Positions 61,316-64,000 of a DNA stretch of 64,000 bases are shown here, one piece after another. The stretch spans positions 704,001 to 768,000 of the forward strand of contig CAVVLJ010000016.1 in the NCBI GenBank assembly GCA_963749075.1, read 5' to 3'. The notes beneath the pieces were generated by a model, which searched no databases, was not told the origin of the DNA, and saw nothing but the letters and a program-made list of their open reading frames with translations. The translations under genes were made by a program, and so were the position numbers. The stretch comes from an uncultured Pseudomonadota bacterium. GTDB taxonomy: Bacteria; Pseudomonadota; Alphaproteobacteria; JACZXZ01. The stretch's first letter is position 1; every line of letters begins with the position of its first letter.

Positions 61316-62893
61316 ATGTCTCGGAAGGCACGGATCGCGGCGGTGGCCGCGGCGCTGGCGTTGGTCGTCTCCACGCCGGCTTGGGCAAAGACTTTCAAAT
61401 GGGCGAACGACGGCGACGTGTCGTCGATGGATCCCTATTTCCTCAACGAGACGTTCCTCTTGGGCTTCCTCGGCAACATCTACGAGGCGCTGGTCACGCG
61501 CGGCAAGGAGCAGCAGCTCGAGCCGGCGCTGGCGCTCTCCTGGGAGCAGACCTCGCCCACGGTGTGGCGCTTTCACCTGCGCCCCGGCGTGAAATTCTCC
61601 GACGGCAGCCCCTTTACCGCCGATGACGTGCTGTTCTCCTTCGCCCGCGTGCGCACCGAGGGCTCGGACCTCAAGGCCTACCTCACCACCGTGAAGGAGC
61701 TCAAGAAGATCGACGACCTGACGGTCGATTTCATCACCTCGGCGCCCAACCCGCTGCTGCCGAGCGATATCGCCTTCTGGTACATCATGTCGAAGAGCTG
61801 GGCCGAGAAGAACGGCGCCGTCGCGGTCGCCTCCGTCAAGAAGAACGAGGAGAACTACGCGACGCGCCACACCGACGGCACCGGTCCCTTCATGGTCACC
61901 GCGCGCGAGCCCGACGTGAAGACGACGGCCGTGCCCAACCCCAACTGGTGGGGCAAGCCCGAGCATGACCTGACCGAGGTCGATTTCAGCGTCATCAAGT
62001 CGGACGCCACGCGCGTCGCCGCCCTCCTCTCCGGCGAGGTCGACATGGTCTATACCGTGCCGATCCAGGACGTGGAACGCATCAATGCCGCGGCGCACCG
62101 CAAGGTCCTCCAGGGCCCCGAGATGCGCACCATCTTCCTCGGCATGGACCAGTGGCGCGACGAGCTCATCGATTCCAACGTCAAGGGCAAGAACCCCTTC
62201 AAGGACGTGCGCGTGCGCAAGGCCTTCTACCAGGCGATCGACGAGGACACGATCGTTAGCAAGGTCATGCGGGGTGCCGCGACGCCGTCCGGGCTCATGG
62301 TCGCCCCCTCGGTCAACGGCTGGGACGCCGATCTCAACAAGCGCTTCCCCTACGACCCGGAGGCGGCAAAGAAGCTCCTCGCCGAGGCCGGTTATCCGGG
62401 CGGCTTCACCGTCGGCATGAACTGTCCCAACGACCGCTACGTCAACGACGAGCAGATCTGCGAGGCCGTGGTCGCCATGCTCGCCAAGGTCGGCGTCAAG
62501 GTGAACTTGCTCGCCGAGACCAAGAGCAAGTATTTCGCCAAAGTGCTTGCGCGCAACACGAGCTTCTATCTGCTCGGCTGGACGCCGGGCACCTACGACT
62601 TGCAGAACGCCATGTTCAACCTGATGGCGACGCCGAACGACGCCGGCCAGGGCAAGTTCAATCTCGGCAAATACTCGAACAAGCGCTTCGACGAGCTCAC
62701 CACCCTCGTCACCAGCGAGAGCGACACCAAGAAGCGCGATGCCGAGATCCACGAGGCCTTCAAGATCCACGAGGACGAGATCGGCCACATCCCGCTCCAC
62801 CAGCAGGCGCTCGCCTGGGGCATCAAGGACAACGTCCATCTCGTGCAGCGCCCGGACAACATCTTCGTCTGGAAATGGGTGCACATCGATTAG
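61316..62893 (+). CDS. dipeptide/oligopeptide ABC substrate-binding protein (family 5)
   Basis: Signal peptide, SMDPY, PALA.SW, F.LRPGVKF.DG..FTADDV.FS, GTGPF, RVRKA, YDPEAAKKLLAEAGY. Confidence 0.92.
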   Translation: MSRKARIAAVAAALALVVSTPAWAKTFKWANDGDVSSMDPYFLNETFLLGFLGNIYEALVTRGKEQQLEPALALSWEQTSPTVWRFHLRPGVKFSDGSPFTADDVLFSFARVRTEGSDLKAYLTTVKELKKIDDLTVDFITSAPNPLLPSDIAFWYIMSKSWAEKNGAVAVASVKKNEENYATRHTDGTGPFMVTAREPDVKTTAVPNPNWWGKPEHDLTEVDFSVIKSDATRVAALLSGEVDMVYTVPIQDVERINAAAHRKVLQGPEMRTIFLGMDQWRDELIDSNVKGKNPFKDVRVRKAFYQAIDEDTIVSKVMRGAATPSGLMVAPSVNGWDADLNKRFPYDPEAAKKLLAEAGYPGGFTVGMNCPNDRYVNDEQICEAVVAMLAKVGVKVNLLAETKSKYFAKVLARNTSFYLLGWTPGTYDLQNAMFNLMATPNDAGQGKFNLGKYSNKRFDELTTLVTSESDTKKRDAEIHEAFKIHEDEIGHIPLHQQALAWGIKDNVHLVQRPDNIFVWKWVHID

Positions 62894-62928
62894 CGCGAGC
62901 GACGATGCGTGTGGCGGTCGCCGCCTGT

Positions 62929-62952
62929 CCTCTCCCTCCCCCGCGAGGGGGG
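62929..62952. repeat. partial family A REP-like unit
   Basis: CCTCTCCCTCCCCCGCGAGGGGGG hairpin remnant. Confidence 0.4.
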
Positions 62953-63000
62953 CTGCGCGGTGAATGGAAGTCAGAGAAGCAATGGCAGAGTGGTGCCGTG

Positions 63001-63228
63001 GCGCCTCGGACCCCGCGCAGTGGGTCCTTCGAGACGCTCGCCCGGCGCGCGAAGTGCGCCTCTCCGCATGATGCAAGGGAGCGGGCCTTCGGCCCGCCAG
63101 GCGCTCCTCAGGATGAGATCAAGTCTTTCTGCCACGCACAAATTGCCCTCGTCCTGAGGAGCAACCCGCAAGGGTTGCGTCTCGAAGGACGTGCGGTGGC
63201 TCTGCCAGCGTTCCTAAGATGTGCGAAT
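63001..63228. mobile_element. family B element, copy 5 (forward orientation, with cloverleaf insert)
   Basis: GCCTCGGAC flank, same arms, spacer AAGTCTTTCTGCCACGCACAAAT, insert at 63044-63097. Confidence 0.75.
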
Positions 63229-63290
63229 GCCGTAGCTCGAGCGGGGCAGGGGAGCGGGCTCGACGTCCACGGTGCCGGGGCGGCCCGCCG

Positions 63291-64000
63291 ATGACCGCCT
63301 TCGTCCTGCGCCGGCTCTTGCAATCGGTCTCGGTCATGCTGGTGGTGGGCCTGATCGCCTTCTCGCTCTTCCGCTTCGTGGGCGACCCGATCAACAACAT
63401 GGTCGGCCAGGATACCGGCGACAAGGACCGCGCGCTGCTGCGCCAGGAGCTGGGGCTCGACGATCCGTTCGTGGTGCAGTTCGCGCATTTCGTCGAGAAT
63501 GCCGTCAGGGGCGAGTTCGGCGTCTCCTTCCGCCAGGGCCGCAAGGTCTCGACGCTGATCGCCGAGCGCCTGCCGGCCACCCTCGAGCTCAGCCTGACCG
63601 CGGCGGTGCTCGCCCTTCTCGTGGGCGTGCCGCTCGGCGTCTATACCGGTCTCAACCGGGACAAGTGGACGAGCAAGGCGCTCCTCGCACTCTCGCTCGT
63701 CGGCGTCTCGCTGCCGACCTTCCTCATCGGCATCCTGCTCATCCTCCTTTTCTCGGTGGTGCTCGGCTGGCTCCCCGCCTTCGGACGAGGCGACGTGGTC
63801 CACCTCGGCTGGTGGTCGACGGGCTTTCTCACGCGCACGGGGCTCGAGGCGCTCATCCTGCCGGCGATCACCCTCGGGCTCTTCCAGATGACGCTCATCA
63901 TCCGCCTGGTGCGCGCCGAGATGCTCGAGGTGCTGCGCACCGACTACATCAAGTTCGCGCGCGCGCGCGGGCTCACCAACCGGGCGATCAACTTCGGCCA
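63291..64000 (+). CDS. peptide ABC permease (DppB/OppB type), 3' partial
   Basis: MTAFVLRRL, GDP, LGLDDP..VQF, G.FG.S, RLPATLEL, RLVRAEMLEVL..DYIKFARARGL. Confidence 0.9.
   Translation, partial: MTAFVLRRLLQSVSVMLVVGLIAFSLFRFVGDPINNMVGQDTGDKDRALLRQELGLDDPFVVQFAHFVENAVRGEFGVSFRQGRKVSTLIAERLPATLELSLTAAVLALLVGVPLGVYTGLNRDKWTSKALLALSLVGVSLPTFLIGILLILLFSVVLGWLPAFGRGDVVHLGWWSTGFLTRTGLEALILPAITLGLFQMTLIIRLVRAEMLEVLRTDYIKFARARGLTNRAINFG

Overview
This is a high-GC chromosomal window from an alphaproteobacterium, probably Rhodospirillales-like (inferred from gene content and repeat style). It holds about 57 genes: catabolic enzymes, a DegQ plus two-component module, a queA-tgt-queF-queG cluster near dusA, a LuxR solo, a divergent archaeal-type SHMT-family enzyme, TRAP and ABC transporters, a PAS-GGDEF-EAL protein, a molybdoenzyme pair and an ldtD-mepK pair. 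I saw no tRNA, rRNA, CRISPR array, integrase or transposase. The most notable signals are: (i) an AT-richer LEM-3/COG3680-type GIY-YIG nuclease gene enclosed by 31-bp inverted REP-like repeats and inserted inside a liv operon; (ii) a five-copy MITE-like palindromic element, which carries a nested cloverleaf in two copies and truncates an MNT-HEPN toxin gene in one; (iii) an AT-richer islet with a stand-alone SIR2-family gene divergent from a PD-(D/E)xK-like gene, next to a duplicated dctM 3' end. Five genes carry six single-base insertions in total, most likely long-read errors. All calls come from motif recognition only; no database search was run.
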